From Bacillota bacterium (GTDB lineage: Bacteria; Bacillota; JAAYKD01): a DNA stretch of 64,000 nucleotides. A program made the position numbers and the translations under genes. Under the pieces are notes generated by a model. That model saw only the letters and a program-made list of their open reading frames with translations. It did no database searches and was not told the DNA's origin. Positions 17,763 through 27,523 of this stretch are shown one piece after another. The stretch lies in NCBI GenBank assembly GCA_963666425.2, contig OY762825.2, positions 2,752,001 to 2,816,000 of the forward strand, written 5' to 3'. Position 1 is the first letter of the stretch. Every line of letters begins with the position of its first letter.

Positions 17763-20045
17763 ATGAAAATACTGATTATTGCCGAAAAACCAGCGATGGC
17801 GGCTGATATTGCCAAAGCCTTGGGAGGATTCCAAAAAAAGGCGGGCTATTTTGAAAAAGAAGATACCTGGCTGACCTGGTCTGTCGGACATTTGGTAGAA
17901 TTGGTTCCTCCGGAAGTCTATACTCCTGCCTGGAAGCGTTGGCGTGCCGAAACCTTACCAATGCTCCCGGAGAGCTTCCAATTGCAGCCCTCCAACAGCA
18001 GGGAAGCGCAGTATAAAAAAATCATGCAATTGCTCGGAGATCCGACGGTGGATCTCTTAGTCAACGCCTGTGACGCCGGCCGCGAGGGAGAATTGATTTT
18101 TCGTTATCTCATCACGATGGCGGGCTGCCGCACGCCGATGAAACGGCTGTGGATTTCTTCCCTGACCACCTCTGCCATCCGCCAGGGTTTTACAGAGGTG
18201 GAGCGGCAAGCCAGTAATGAAAAGCGCTACTTCGATTTATACCAGGCAGCGCGCTGCCGTTCCGAAGCGGATTGGCTGGTGGGGATGAACGCTTCCCGCG
18301 CCGTGACAATTGGTCAGCGCCAGCGTGGTCTGCGTGAGGTGTTTTCCATCGGACGCGTGCAAACGCCAACACTGGCCATTATGGTCAACCGGGAAGATGA
18401 GATCGCGCAATTCCAACAAGAAAAATACTGGCAGCTAACGGCCTGGTTTCAGGCGGAAAGCAGCAAATATCAAGGCCAATGGTTTTCCGCGAAAGAAAAC
18501 CGTTTTCATGACCTGGCTGCCGCTCAACGCATTGCCGATCTCATTAAAGATCAAGCAGGTGTCGTACTCAGTTTTGAAGTCAATCAAAAGAAAGAACCCG
18601 CTCCCATGCTCTATGATCTAACGGCGCTGCAGCGTGAGATGAATCGGCGTTATAGTTATGCTGCCTCAAAAACCTTGAAAATTGCACAGACCCTCTATGA
18701 AAGGCATAAACTGATCACTTATCCCAGAACAGATTCCCGCTATTTGACACCCGATTTGATTCCCAGTTTTGCTCATCGGCTCAGCGCGATCAGCGGTGGC
18801 TTATATGATCAAAGCCTCGCCAAACTGGAACATCAAAAACTGCCGATCAGCGGAAGATACGTTAATCAGGCGAAAGTCCGCGATCATCACGCTTTGATTC
18901 CGACCGAAACGAAAGTCAACTGGGCAGCCTTGACTGCGGATGAGAAAAAAGTCTTATCCGCCATACAGCAAAGCTTTATTACCATGTTTTTCCCGGATGC
19001 TGTTTGGCAGGAGAAAGAAGCTGTCACACAAGTGGAAGGGGAGACCTTTCGCAGCAAAAGCCGGAGTTTACTCGTCCTGGGCTGGCGCAGTGTAGCGGAT
19101 TCCGAAAAATCCATCGAGAAAAAAGAAGATGATTTGGCAGATTTACAACCGCAGGAAATCGTCCATGTGATTTCCTCTACGATCACAGAAGGGATCACGC
19201 AGCCACCGAAGCGTTATACGGAAGGAACCCTGCTGGGTGAGATGGAGCATGCCGGCAAACAATTGGAATCGGAGGCTTATCAGGAAGCGATGAAAGATCA
19301 CGGCCTCGGCACTCCCGCCACCCGCGCCGCCATTATCGATCGTTTAAAAGAAATGCGTTACATCGAAGCGGTGGAAAAGCAATTAAGACCGACCGGTAAA
19401 GGGATGGCTTTGATTCACCATCTGCCGGTGGCTGCCCTGCGTTCCGCCGACATGACCGGAGAATGGGAATATAAACTGCTGCAAATTCAGGAAGGCAATT
19501 ATCAGCCGGTCACTTTTATGGCGGAAATGCAGCAATTTGTCACCGCTGCGGTGGACGAATGCTTAAGAGCAGAACTGATGAATGCGGAGCAGGAAGTGCA
19601 TATTCTGCAATTAGCAGAGGAAAAAGCAGAGCAAACAGAAGAGGCAGCAGGAAGCAAGGCTGCCGCAGGGAAAAAAGTGGTGCGCACGCAAGCGGAAGGC
19701 AGCCTCAAGACAGCCAAAGAATCTTTGCTGCAGCTGCAATGTCCCCTCTGTCAAGGTAAAGTCCTGGAAAACAGCAAAGCATACTACTGTCAGAATTGGA
19801 AAGGTCAGCCGCCCTGCGGTTTTACACTTTGGAAAACAGTGGCCGGTAAACAGCTGACTGCCAAACAAATTGAGAAATTGCTGAGCAAAGGGGAAACCGG
19901 AATTCTGCGCGGATTCATCTCGGCGAAGAAAAAGAAATTCTCCGCCAACCTGCGTTTGGAGAACGGTAAAGTTGTTTTTGATTTTGCTCAAGCCGTGCCA
20001 AAACCCAAAACAAGCAAAAGTGCAGCGAATCCAGCAGACAAATAG
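17763..20045 (+). CDS. topB: DNA topoisomerase III
   Basis: IIAEKP, NACDAGREGE, SIGRVQTPTL, catalytic ITYPRTDS, GLGTPATRA, C-terminal zinc ribbon; AAGGAG RBS before the ATG at 17763. Confidence 0.95.
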   Translation: MKILIIAEKPAMAADIAKALGGFQKKAGYFEKEDTWLTWSVGHLVELVPPEVYTPAWKRWRAETLPMLPESFQLQPSNSREAQYKKIMQLLGDPTVDLLVNACDAGREGELIFRYLITMAGCRTPMKRLWISSLTTSAIRQGFTEVERQASNEKRYFDLYQAARCRSEADWLVGMNASRAVTIGQRQRGLREVFSIGRVQTPTLAIMVNREDEIAQFQQEKYWQLTAWFQAESSKYQGQWFSAKENRFHDLAAAQRIADLIKDQAGVVLSFEVNQKKEPAPMLYDLTALQREMNRRYSYAASKTLKIAQTLYERHKLITYPRTDSRYLTPDLIPSFAHRLSAISGGLYDQSLAKLEHQKLPISGRYVNQAKVRDHHALIPTETKVNWAALTADEKKVLSAIQQSFITMFFPDAVWQEKEAVTQVEGETFRSKSRSLLVLGWRSVADSEKSIEKKEDDLADLQPQEIVHVISSTITEGITQPPKRYTEGTLLGEMEHAGKQLESEAYQEAMKDHGLGTPATRAAIIDRLKEMRYIEAVEKQLRPTGKGMALIHHLPVAALRSADMTGEWEYKLLQIQEGNYQPVTFMAEMQQFVTAAVDECLRAELMNAEQEVHILQLAEEKAEQTEEAAGSKAAAGKKVVRTQAEGSLKTAKESLLQLQCPLCQGKVLENSKAYYCQNWKGQPPCGFTLWKTVAGKQLTAKQIEKLLSKGETGILRGFISAKKKKFSANLRLENGKVVFDFAQAVPKPKTSKSAANPADK

Positions 20046-20232
20046 ACCAACAGCGGTGCGTCGGTTCTTGTAAACAGATGATTCCAAGCAAATAAAATGG
20101 GAGCAGCAGGTTTTTTTCGCGGCAAAATCCTCTTTTATCCTGCATAATAATATATGGACAAGCCAAGCAAAGTATGATAGTATTGAACCCGTCAAAAGCC
20201 GAGAATCATCGCATCTCGCTTTTGCAATTAAT

Positions 20233-20319
<87 letters not shown>

Positions 20320-20322
20320 TAC

Positions 20323-20407
20323 GTCGGGATGGCGGAACTGGCAGACGCGTACGTTTGAGGGGCGTATGGTTAACACCGTGTGGGTTCAAGTCCCACTCTC
20401 GACACCA
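20323..20407 (+). tRNA. tRNA-Leu(GAG)
   Basis: Anticodon arm TACGT-TTGAGGG-GCGTA, long variable arm, encoded CCA. Confidence 0.96.
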
Positions 20408-20411
20408 GATG

Positions 20412-20443
20412 GGGCTCTGGCAAATACCAGAGCCCATTTCCTT
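20412..20443 (+). terminator. Terminator-like hairpin after the tRNA-Leu pair
   Basis: GGGCTCTGG...CCAGAGCCC stem with a weak T tail. Confidence 0.6.
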
Positions 20444-20496
20444 AATTATGAGTGCATAAATATACATGATAATTTATACTTATGGAGGCGAATATC

Positions 20497-21471
20497 GTGG
20501 CGGAACGATTACTGGATATTAGAAACTTAAGTACTTATTTTTACACCAGTGAAGGTGAAGTAAAAGCGGTCGATGGAGTGAGTTTTCAAATCAATGAAGG
20601 AGAAACTCTGGCTGTGGTGGGAGAATCCGGCTGTGGCAAGTCTGTTACCAGCTTATCCGTCATGCGTTTGATCCCCTGGCCGCCGGGAAAAATTGTAGGC
20701 GGCGAAATTCTTTTCAACGATCAGGATATTCTGAAGATGTCGGATGAAGAAATGCAAAAGATCCGCGGCAATGAAATCTCCATGATTTTTCAGGAACCGA
20801 TGACTTCCTTAAACCCGGTCTATTCGGTTGGTTTTCAGATTTCGGAAGCCTTGGAATTGCATCAGCATCTGAGCAAAGCGCAGGCTTGGGAAAAGTCGAT
20901 CGAGATGCTGCGCCTGGTGGGTATTCCGCTGCCGGAGAAACGTGTCGCCGAATTCCCGCATCAGCTTTCCGGCGGTATGCGCCAACGGGTGATGATTGCT
21001 ATGGCTTTAGCCTGCAACCCCCGCCTGCTGATTGCGGATGAACCGACAACTGCTTTGGATGTGACGATTCAGGCGCAGATTCTGGACCTGCTGCGTAAAT
21101 TAAAATCCGAATTGGGTATGGCCATTCTGCTGATTACTCATGACTTAGGTGTAGTGGCAGAAATGGCGGAACGTGTTGTCGTGATGTATGCCGGTAAAGT
21201 AGTGGAGGAAGCCGATGTAGTCAGCATCTTCCATCATCCGCTGCATCCCTATACGGAAGGCCTGCTGGAATCCATTCCCAAATTGCATGGCAAAAGCAAT
21301 GAGAAATTACATGTCATAGAGGGGATCGTGCCAAATCCGGCTCATATGCCGCAAGGCTGCCGTTTTAGTCCGCGCTGCCCCAAAGCCAGTGAACAGTGTT
21401 ATCGTGAAGAACCGCCTTTGCAGGAAGTGGGCAACAGACGGCTTGCCTGCTGGAATGTGAAACTATCATAA
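20497..21471 (+). CDS. oppD: Oligo/dipeptide ABC transporter ATP-binding protein (OppD/DppD)
   Basis: [26 protein letters not shown]-terminal Cys-rich CRFSPRC extension; GGAGG RBS before the GTG at 20497. Confidence 0.93.
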   Translation: MAERLLDIRNLSTYFYTSEGEVKAVDGVSFQINEGETLAVVGESGCGKSVTSLSVMRLIPWPPGKIVGGEILFNDQDILKMSDEEMQKIRGNEISMIFQEPMTSLNPVYSVGFQISEALELHQHLSKAQAWEKSIEMLRLVGIPLPEKRVAEFPHQLSGGMRQRVMIAMALACNPRLLIADEPTTALDVTIQAQILDLLRKLKSELGMAILLITHDLGVVAEMAERVVVMYAGKVVEEADVVSIFHHPLHPYTEGLLESIPKLHGKSNEKLHVIEGIVPNPAHMPQGCRFSPRCPKASEQCYREEPPLQEVGNRRLACWNVKLS

Positions 21472-21483
21472 GGAGAGAGCCCA

Positions 21484-22479
21484 ATGTCAAATGAAATTTT
21501 ACTGGATGTACGTCATCTCAAGACTTATTTCCCCATCAAGAATGGGTTGTTTTCCAAAGTAACCGGTTCGATCAAAGCGGTGGATGATGTCAGTTTCCAG
21601 ATCCGTAAGGGAGAAACGCTGGGGTTAGTGGGAGAATCCGGCTGCGGTAAAACGACGACCGGAAAATCAATCCTGCGGCTGAACGAATATGCTACGGGAG
21701 AAGTTTTCTTTGAAGGTCAGGATATCATGAAGCTGAATCGCGACGATATGCGAAAAATGCGCCGTGAGATGCAGCTGATTTATCAGGACCCTTATTCTTC
21801 ACTGAATCCGCGCATGAACATTGGGGATATCATCGCAGAACCATTGGAGATCCACAATATATGCAAAGGCGCTGAACGCGACAAAAGAGTCAAGGAACTG
21901 CTGAGTGTCGTCGGTCTTTCGCCTTATCATGCCAAACGCTATCCGCATGAATTTTCCGGCGGCCAGCGTCAGAGAATCGGTATCGCCAGAGCTTTGGCTT
22001 TAAATCCGAAACTAATTGTCTGTGATGAACCAGTCTCTGCCTTGGATGTCTCCATCCAATCGCAGATTCTCAATCTTCTAGACGAATTGCAGGACGAATT
22101 TGGCTTAACTTATCTATTCATTGCGCACGGCCTTGCAGTGGTAAAACACATTTCCGATCGGGTAGGCGTCATGTATTTGGGGAAAATGGTGGAAATTTGC
22201 AGCAGTGAGGAATTGTACGGCAATCCGCTGCATCCCTATACCGAGGCTCTGATGTCCGCCATCCCCATCCCCGATCCCAGTATGGAGCGTCACCGCATTC
22301 TGCTGGAAGGTGATGTGCCCAGTCCGATCAATCCGCCCAGCGGCTGCCGTTTTCATACACGCTGCAGAAAAGCATTTGCGAAATGCCATGAAGTCGAACC
22401 CGAATTGATCGATGTAGGCAACAATCACCAGGTGGCCTGTCATTTATGCACAGCCTGCCAGACAGCGTCAGCGGAATAA
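21484..22479 (+). CDS. oppF: Oligo/dipeptide ABC transporter ATP-binding protein (OppF/DppF)
   Basis: [32 protein letters not shown]. Confidence 0.93.
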   Translation: MSNEILLDVRHLKTYFPIKNGLFSKVTGSIKAVDDVSFQIRKGETLGLVGESGCGKTTTGKSILRLNEYATGEVFFEGQDIMKLNRDDMRKMRREMQLIYQDPYSSLNPRMNIGDIIAEPLEIHNICKGAERDKRVKELLSVVGLSPYHAKRYPHEFSGGQRQRIGIARALALNPKLIVCDEPVSALDVSIQSQILNLLDELQDEFGLTYLFIAHGLAVVKHISDRVGVMYLGKMVEICSSEELYGNPLHPYTEALMSAIPIPDPSMERHRILLEGDVPSPINPPSGCRFHTRCRKAFAKCHEVEPELIDVGNNHQVACHLCTACQTASAE

Positions 22480-22481
22480 TG

Positions 22482-22516
22482 ATCACGGAGAGAAAACCTC
22501 TCTCCGTGATTTTCTT
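22482..22516 (+). terminator. Rho-independent terminator
   Basis: ATCACGGAGAG...CTCTCCGTGAT followed by TTTCTT. Confidence 0.8.
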
Positions 22517-22699
22517 GTCGTTAAGAATAAGCAAGAGATATGAATAATTTAAGGATTTATTATAATTGAAAAGGATAATAGTAAAGCATCAAGAACTAAA
22601 AACACTGGAAAAGGTTCTGTCTGTGCGGTTCGTTTGACAGACAACAGCCTTTTCTAAAAAAATGAACTCAAACGATTTGAAGTTCATGGATGGCGGTGG

Positions 22700-23857
22700 A
22701 TGATAATGAATAAATTCCGACGATTGATTTTATTGACGGTACTTTCACTTCTCTTAACTGTACCACAAACTGCGTTGGCCGAAACGGCTTACACAGCCAA
22801 TTGCAAAGCAGCAATTTTACTGGATGAGGAATCGGGTCAAATTCTATTTGAACAAAATGCCAATGAGCAGTTAGCTCCCGCCAGTATTACGAAAGTGATG
22901 ACCATGTATGTCACCATGGAAGCGCTGTTAAACGGGAAGATTGCTTTGACCGATGTGGTGACTGTCAGCAAAGAAGCCTGGGAAATCGGCGAGTCTTCGA
23001 TGTTTCTCAATGTCGGCGACAAAGTGACCGTCGAGCAATTGCTGCAAGGTTTATGTGTTGTTTCCGGCAACGATGCGGCGATTTGTCTGGCAGAGCATGT
23101 TGGCGGCAGTCTGTCAGGTTTTGTTGCGATGATGAATGCTCAGGCAAAAGAACTGGGTATGAACCATTCCCACTTTGCCAATCCTCATGGCTTGGATGCG
23201 AAAGATCATTACATGTCGGCGGCGGATATTGCTACGCTTTGCAGTCAGCTATATAAAAACCATCCCCAAGCCGTGAAATATTACTCCCAAAGCGAACTAA
23301 CCTATGGCGATATTACGCAACCCAATCGAAATCCGATGCTGGGCAAATATCCTGGTGTAGACGGGGTCAAAACCGGTTTTACCGATAATGCCGGTTATTC
23401 TATCGCGGTCAGCTCTCTGCGCAATGACTGGCGTCTGATCGCTGTGATTATGGGCGCTGAAAGCGAAGAAACAAGGATAGCCGAAGCAGGCAATTTATTA
23501 GATTATGGATTTAACAATTTCGATCGTTTTGTAGCCGGCAAAAAGGGCAGTGTTGTGACGAATGTGACGGTAAAGCGCGGCCGAGTGAACAGTGTGGATT
23601 TACTATTGGCGGAAGATGCAGCCTGCATCATTACCAAAGGAGATCAGGAAAACGTAGTCGTTACGAATCGAATTGAAGATATTTCAGCTCCTTTTACGCA
23701 AGGGCAAACCTTAGCTGCCATGGATATTTCCTACAAAGGAGTTCATCAAAGAACGGTGAACTTAATAGCAGCGAACGAAGTGGGAAAAGCAAATATTTTT
23801 AAAGTGATCTGGCAGGGAATTTATGGATTTTTCAGCGGATTGATTCATATTGGATAA
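22700..23857 (+). CDS. D-alanyl-D-alanine carboxypeptidase (peptidase S11, DacA/DacF-like)
   Basis: Signal peptide; SxxK (ASITK), SxN (SGN) and KTG motifs; C-terminal amphipathic helix. Confidence 0.93.
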   Translation: MIMNKFRRLILLTVLSLLLTVPQTALAETAYTANCKAAILLDEESGQILFEQNANEQLAPASITKVMTMYVTMEALLNGKIALTDVVTVSKEAWEIGESSMFLNVGDKVTVEQLLQGLCVVSGNDAAICLAEHVGGSLSGFVAMMNAQAKELGMNHSHFANPHGLDAKDHYMSAADIATLCSQLYKNHPQAVKYYSQSELTYGDITQPNRNPMLGKYPGVDGVKTGFTDNAGYSIAVSSLRNDWRLIAVIMGAESEETRIAEAGNLLDYGFNNFDRFVAGKKGSVVTNVTVKRGRVNSVDLLLAEDAACIITKGDQENVVVTNRIEDISAPFTQGQTLAAMDISYKGVHQRTVNLIAANEVGKANIFKVIWQGIYGFFSGLIHIG

Positions 23858-23864
23858 AAAGTTG

Positions 23865-23893
23865 TGGATTTTCAAAAAAGAATGTGCTATAAT
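23865..23893 (+). promoter_or_regulatory. Sigma-A promoter for tRNA-Arg
   Basis: TGGATT-N17-TATAAT with TG extension. Confidence 0.65.
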
Positions 23894-23902
23894 GTTGACA
23901 TT

Positions 23903-23977
23903 GCGCCCGTAGCTCAGTGGATAGACCGCCAGGCTCCGGACTTGGAAGCGAGGGTTCGATTCCCCCCGGGCGCACCA
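23903..23977 (+). tRNA. tRNA-Arg(CCG)
   Basis: Anticodon arm CCAGG-CTCCGGA-CTTGG, GGTTCGATT T-arm, encoded CCA; two stem mismatches. Confidence 0.92.
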
Positions 23978-23988
23978 AACTAACCATA

Positions 23989-24024
23989 AGCGGATTGATC
24001 GAACGATCAATCCGCTGCTTTTTT
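23989..24024 (+). terminator. Rho-independent terminator
   Basis: AGCGGATTGATC-GAAC-GATCAATCCGCT followed by a T run. Confidence 0.85.
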
Positions 24025-24239
24025 AATTTTTGCAGCGGACTTATTTGCTAGAAAGATGGGCTTTTGCCGGAACCAAGCCGTCCTCTTCTGCTGATGTCGA
24101 TGACTGCGGTAAAAATTGGTGATTTGTTCTAAAAGAACAGCGTGCTTTACCGAACCGTTGATTCCCTCACATCCCTGTAAAATAACACTTGCTCAAGACT
24201 GGCAGATGCGATATACTGGAAATTGGGAGGTGTCTTAGG

Positions 24240-24698
24240 ATGGATATCTATGACCGGATTTTAAAGATCTTATTAATCATCGCTGGTGTGATTTTTATCT
24301 TGACCGGAATCGTTTTGATGGTTGGGGTAGGCATGTTCATACCCGGATTTTTGGATGAATTGTTCGTACTCGGTTTGTTTTTATTGGTCGGCAGCTGGCT
24401 GGTCGCCTATCGCGACGCCTCCGGCAAAGAAAACTTTATCGTCAGAGAAATACGAAAAATCGCACTTGGCATCTTCTGTCAGGAAGTCGTCGGACAAGTT
24501 GTGGAGATACGCGATTATGATGCCTCTTTTATTTTAAAAGATCAAAGGAACTCTTATCGCTTTCCCATGAGCGTGATCAAAGAAAAAGATCGCTGCTATT
24601 TGGATGATTGGCTGAGCGGCGGACCGGAAGTACGGCTGAAAGTATATATCAATTTTATCACCCGACAGGTGACTTACTATGAAGTGCTGGCTTTTTAA
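24240..24698 (+). CDS. Hypothetical membrane protein
   Basis: GGAGGT RBS before the ATG at 24240; two hydrophobic segments then a soluble tail; no family recognised. Confidence 0.7.
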   Translation: MDIYDRILKILLIIAGVIFILTGIVLMVGVGMFIPGFLDELFVLGLFLLVGSWLVAYRDASGKENFIVREIRKIALGIFCQEVVGQVVEIRDYDASFILKDQRNSYRFPMSVIKEKDRCYLDDWLSGGPEVRLKVYINFITRQVTYYEVLAF

Positions 24699-24721
24699 AT
24701 GACTGAAAAAGCAACGGCTGC

Positions 24722-24750
24722 TTGCGCCTTAAAAGATTTCATGCTATACT
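24722..24750 (+). promoter_or_regulatory. Sigma-A promoter upstream of murT
   Basis: TTGCGC-N17-TATACT with TG extension. Confidence 0.6.
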
Positions 24751-24866
24751 TTTCTCTGCACTTCTATCAGGGAGCAGTAACTTTTTTATCGGAAACCCAA
24801 TGCATGACCAGGCTGTCTTTTGAGTTGACAAGAGGCAGCCATTTTCTATAGGAAGGCGGAATTCGG

Positions 24867-26261
24867 ATGCGTTATTCTCTGGCTGTTTTTGTTGCGAAGC
24901 TGGCCGCAGGCACGATTCGCAGTCTGAAACTGGGGGGAGGTACTTCTTTTCCCGGTAAATTGGCCAATCGAATTGATCCTACCTGTTTGTCGGAACTAAA
25001 CCGACGCTTGCCGTTGGGCAGTATTGTGATTACGGGTACCAACGGTAAGACAACGACCGCAGCCATGATCAGCGCTGTGCTGGAAGAGAACAAGATCAAA
25101 GTGGTTCATAACAAAACAGGCGCCAATCTGCTGCCCGGCATTACGGCATCGTTTTTAAAATCTACCGATTTGTTCGGTCATCTGCATCAGGACTGCGCCG
25201 TGATTGAGGCAGATGAAGCGGCTTTTCCGCTCTTGTGTCAGGCGATCACGCCAAAAATTGTCATTGTAACGAATTTTTTCCGTGATCAATTGGATCGTTT
25301 TGGCGAACTGGATAAAACGGTTTCTTTCATACGGCGCGGCTTGACCGCACTGCCGGCAGGAACAACCGTATTGTTAAATGGTGACGACCCCATTGTAGTG
25401 GGTTTAGCCAGTGTGCCAGGCTTAGATTATCATTATTTTGGCATTGAGGATGAGAAATTTGGGCGTCAAAGCATGGAGCAGACTGCAGAAGGCAAATATT
25501 GTCCACGCTGCGGTGCTATGCTGACCTATGAGCGTTATTATTACGCCCATCTGGGTATTTACCGCTGTCCTGCCTGCAGCTTTCAACGTCCGCCGCTGGA
25601 TTTATTTGCCACAAAGATTCGGCTGAAGGGTTTGCTGGGCAGTACGTTTTGCATACAAAACTCAAGCAGCCGTGCCATACAGATCGAATTCCAATTACCG
25701 GGCCTTTATAACGTCTACAACGCGTTGGCGGCGTGGTCCGCGGTAGAAAGGATGCAGATACCGCCGGAGCGGCTTGCAGCAGGGATTGCCGCCTTTCGGC
25801 ACGCTTTTGGCCGAATGGAACGGTTGGAAGTAGACGGTCGTACTGTGATCATGGCACTGGTGAAAAATCCAACCGGCTGCAATGAGGTGATCCGCACGTT
25901 CCTGCAGCAAGAAGGGCAGCTGCATCTCTTATTGGCGCTGAATGATAATTACGCAGATGGAACCGATGTCTCTTGGATCTGGGACGTGGATTATGAACAA
26001 TTGCAAACAGCAGCCGACCGGCTCGCCAGTTTGACGTTCAGCGGCAGCCGTGCTTTTGATCTGGCGCTGCGGATCAAGTATGCCGGCCTCAGTTTGCGGA
26101 AGGAACAGGTGATTCCCGAACTGGCAGCCGCACTGGCCGCGGCGGTGCAGCAGACGCCGGTAGGTGAGATGTTGCTGATCATGCCGAATTATACCTCTAT
26201 GCTGGGCCTGCGCTCGATTCTGGCGGATCAAGGCTATCTACAGCAATATTGGGAGGAGTAA
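24867..26261 (+). CDS. murT: Lipid II isoglutaminyl synthase subunit MurT
   Basis: ITGTNGKTTT, GANL, TNFFRDQLDRFGE, zinc finger CPRC/CPAC, LVKNPTG, ADGTDVSWIWDVD. Confidence 0.93.
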   Translation: MRYSLAVFVAKLAAGTIRSLKLGGGTSFPGKLANRIDPTCLSELNRRLPLGSIVITGTNGKTTTAAMISAVLEENKIKVVHNKTGANLLPGITASFLKSTDLFGHLHQDCAVIEADEAAFPLLCQAITPKIVIVTNFFRDQLDRFGELDKTVSFIRRGLTALPAGTTVLLNGDDPIVVGLASVPGLDYHYFGIEDEKFGRQSMEQTAEGKYCPRCGAMLTYERYYYAHLGIYRCPACSFQRPPLDLFATKIRLKGLLGSTFCIQNSSSRAIQIEFQLPGLYNVYNALAAWSAVERMQIPPERLAAGIAAFRHAFGRMERLEVDGRTVIMALVKNPTGCNEVIRTFLQQEGQLHLLLALNDNYADGTDVSWIWDVDYEQLQTAADRLASLTFSGSRAFDLALRIKYAGLSLRKEQVIPELAAALAAAVQQTPVGEMLLIMPNYTSMLGLRSILADQGYLQQYWEE

Positions 26262-26263
26262 TC

Positions 26264-27010
26264 ATGAATTTTAAAATTGCACATCTGTATCCCAATCAAA
26301 TGAATCTTTACGGGGATAAAGGCAATGTGATCGCTCTGGCCCACCGTGCCGAATGGCATGGTTTGCAGCCGGAGGTGATTACGCTGGCGCCGGGGGAGAC
26401 CTTCGCTCCCGATGACTTTGACCTGCTCTTCATTGGCGGAGGACAGGATCGGGAACAAAGACTGATTTGCCAGGATTTTCAGGAAATCAAAAAAGACTGT
26501 TTGATTGCTGCGGTCGAAGACAATATGGTGATCTTGGCCATCTGCGGCGGTTATCAATTGCTGGGTAAATACTATCAAGTGGATGAGAACCAAATCATAC
26601 CGGGAATCGGAATTCTCGATGTCTGGACGGTTGCCGGCAGCAAACGCCTGATTGGCAATGTGTTGGTTGAGAGCAATACACCGGGCGGCAGGCTCGTTGG
26701 CTTTGAAAACCACAGCGGCTTGACCTACCTCGGACCAACAGCGAAACCCCTGGGGAAAGTGATGGCAGGCTATGGCAACAACGGGGAGGATGGCTTGGAA
26801 GGCTGCATCTATCGCAACGTTTTTGGTTCCTATCTGCATGGTTCTCTGCTGCCCAAAAACCCTGCCCTGGCAGATTATCTACTGCAATTAGCTCTGCAGC
26901 GGCGCGGAATTGATTGGAAATTTAAGACATTAAACGACGAAATTGAACTGTCAGCCCATCAAGTTGCGGAGAAAATCGCCAAACAGGCGAAAAAAAATCC
27001 GGGAGTTTGA
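26264..27010 (+). CDS. gatD: Lipid II isoglutaminyl synthase subunit GatD (CobQ-like glutamine amidotransferase)
   Basis: LYPNQMNLYGDKGN, GGGQDREQ, AICGGYQ, GFENHSG, YLHGSLLPKNP; directly follows murT. Confidence 0.93.
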   Translation: MNFKIAHLYPNQMNLYGDKGNVIALAHRAEWHGLQPEVITLAPGETFAPDDFDLLFIGGGQDREQRLICQDFQEIKKDCLIAAVEDNMVILAICGGYQLLGKYYQVDENQIIPGIGILDVWTVAGSKRLIGNVLVESNTPGGRLVGFENHSGLTYLGPTAKPLGKVMAGYGNNGEDGLEGCIYRNVFGSYLHGSLLPKNPALADYLLQLALQRRGIDWKFKTLNDEIELSAHQVAEKIAKQAKKNPGV

Positions 27011-27030
27011 TGAAAAAGTGAAAAAAGCTA

Positions 27031-27059
27031 TTGACGAACCGAAATTCTTAGGATATAAT
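27031..27059 (+). promoter_or_regulatory. Strong sigma-A promoter of the tRNA operon
   Basis: TTGACG-N17-TATAAT with an A-rich upstream element. Confidence 0.85.
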
Positions 27060-27091
27060 ACTTTCTGCTTGGACGAAATCCAATAAGAAAC

Positions 27092-27168
27092 GGAACTGTG
27101 GTGTAGCGGCCTAACATGCCTGCCTGTCACGCAGGAGATCGACGGTTCAAATCCGTTCAGTTCCGCCA
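27092..27168 (+). tRNA. tRNA-Asp(GTC)
   Basis: Anticodon arm CCTGC-CTGTCAC-GCAGG; encoded CCA. Confidence 0.96.
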
Positions 27169-27174
27169 AGCTAT

Positions 27175-27250
<76 letters not shown>

Positions 27251-27256
27251 TTTCGC

Positions 27257-27332
27257 GCGGAAATAGCTCAATTGGTAGAGCGCCACCTTGCCAAGGTGGA
27301 GGTTGCGGGTCCGAGTCCCGTTTTCCGCTCCA
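27257..27332 (+). tRNA. tRNA-Gly(GCC), copy 1
   Basis: Anticodon arm CCACC-TTGCCAA-GGTGG; T-loop TCCGAGT (C55); U73; encoded CCA. Confidence 0.95.
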
Positions 27333-27346
27333 ATTTCTCTTGGTAT

Positions 27347-27421
27347 GGCGGCATCGCCAAGTGGTAAGGCAAAGGTCTGCAAAACCTTTATTCCCCAGTC
27401 CGAATCTGGGTGCCGCCTCCA
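27347..27421 (+). tRNA. tRNA-Cys(GCA)
   Basis: Anticodon arm AAGGT-CTGCAAA-ACCTT; T-loop TCCGAAT (C55); U73; encoded CCA. Confidence 0.95.
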
Positions 27422-27430
27422 TATTATTAT

Positions 27431-27518
27431 GCCGGGATGGCGGAATTGGCAGACGCAAGGGACTTAAAATCCCTCGATCCAAAAGATCATACCGGTTCAA
27501 CCCCGGTTCTCGGCACCA
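27431..27518 (+). tRNA. tRNA-Leu(TAA)
   Basis: Anticodon arm AGGGA-CTTAAAA-TCCCT; long variable arm; encoded CCA. Confidence 0.96.
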
Positions 27519-27523
27519 TTCTT

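Noticed and set aside
17763-20045. topB as a marker of a conjugative element
   Set aside because: No relaxase, type IV secretion or integrase genes nearby, and composition resembles the surrounding chromosome.
24768-24812. yybP-ykoY or SAM-I riboswitch identity for the murT leader
   Set aside because: Only short fragments resemble those consensus sequences and the leader is too short for either fold; kept as an unassigned leader.
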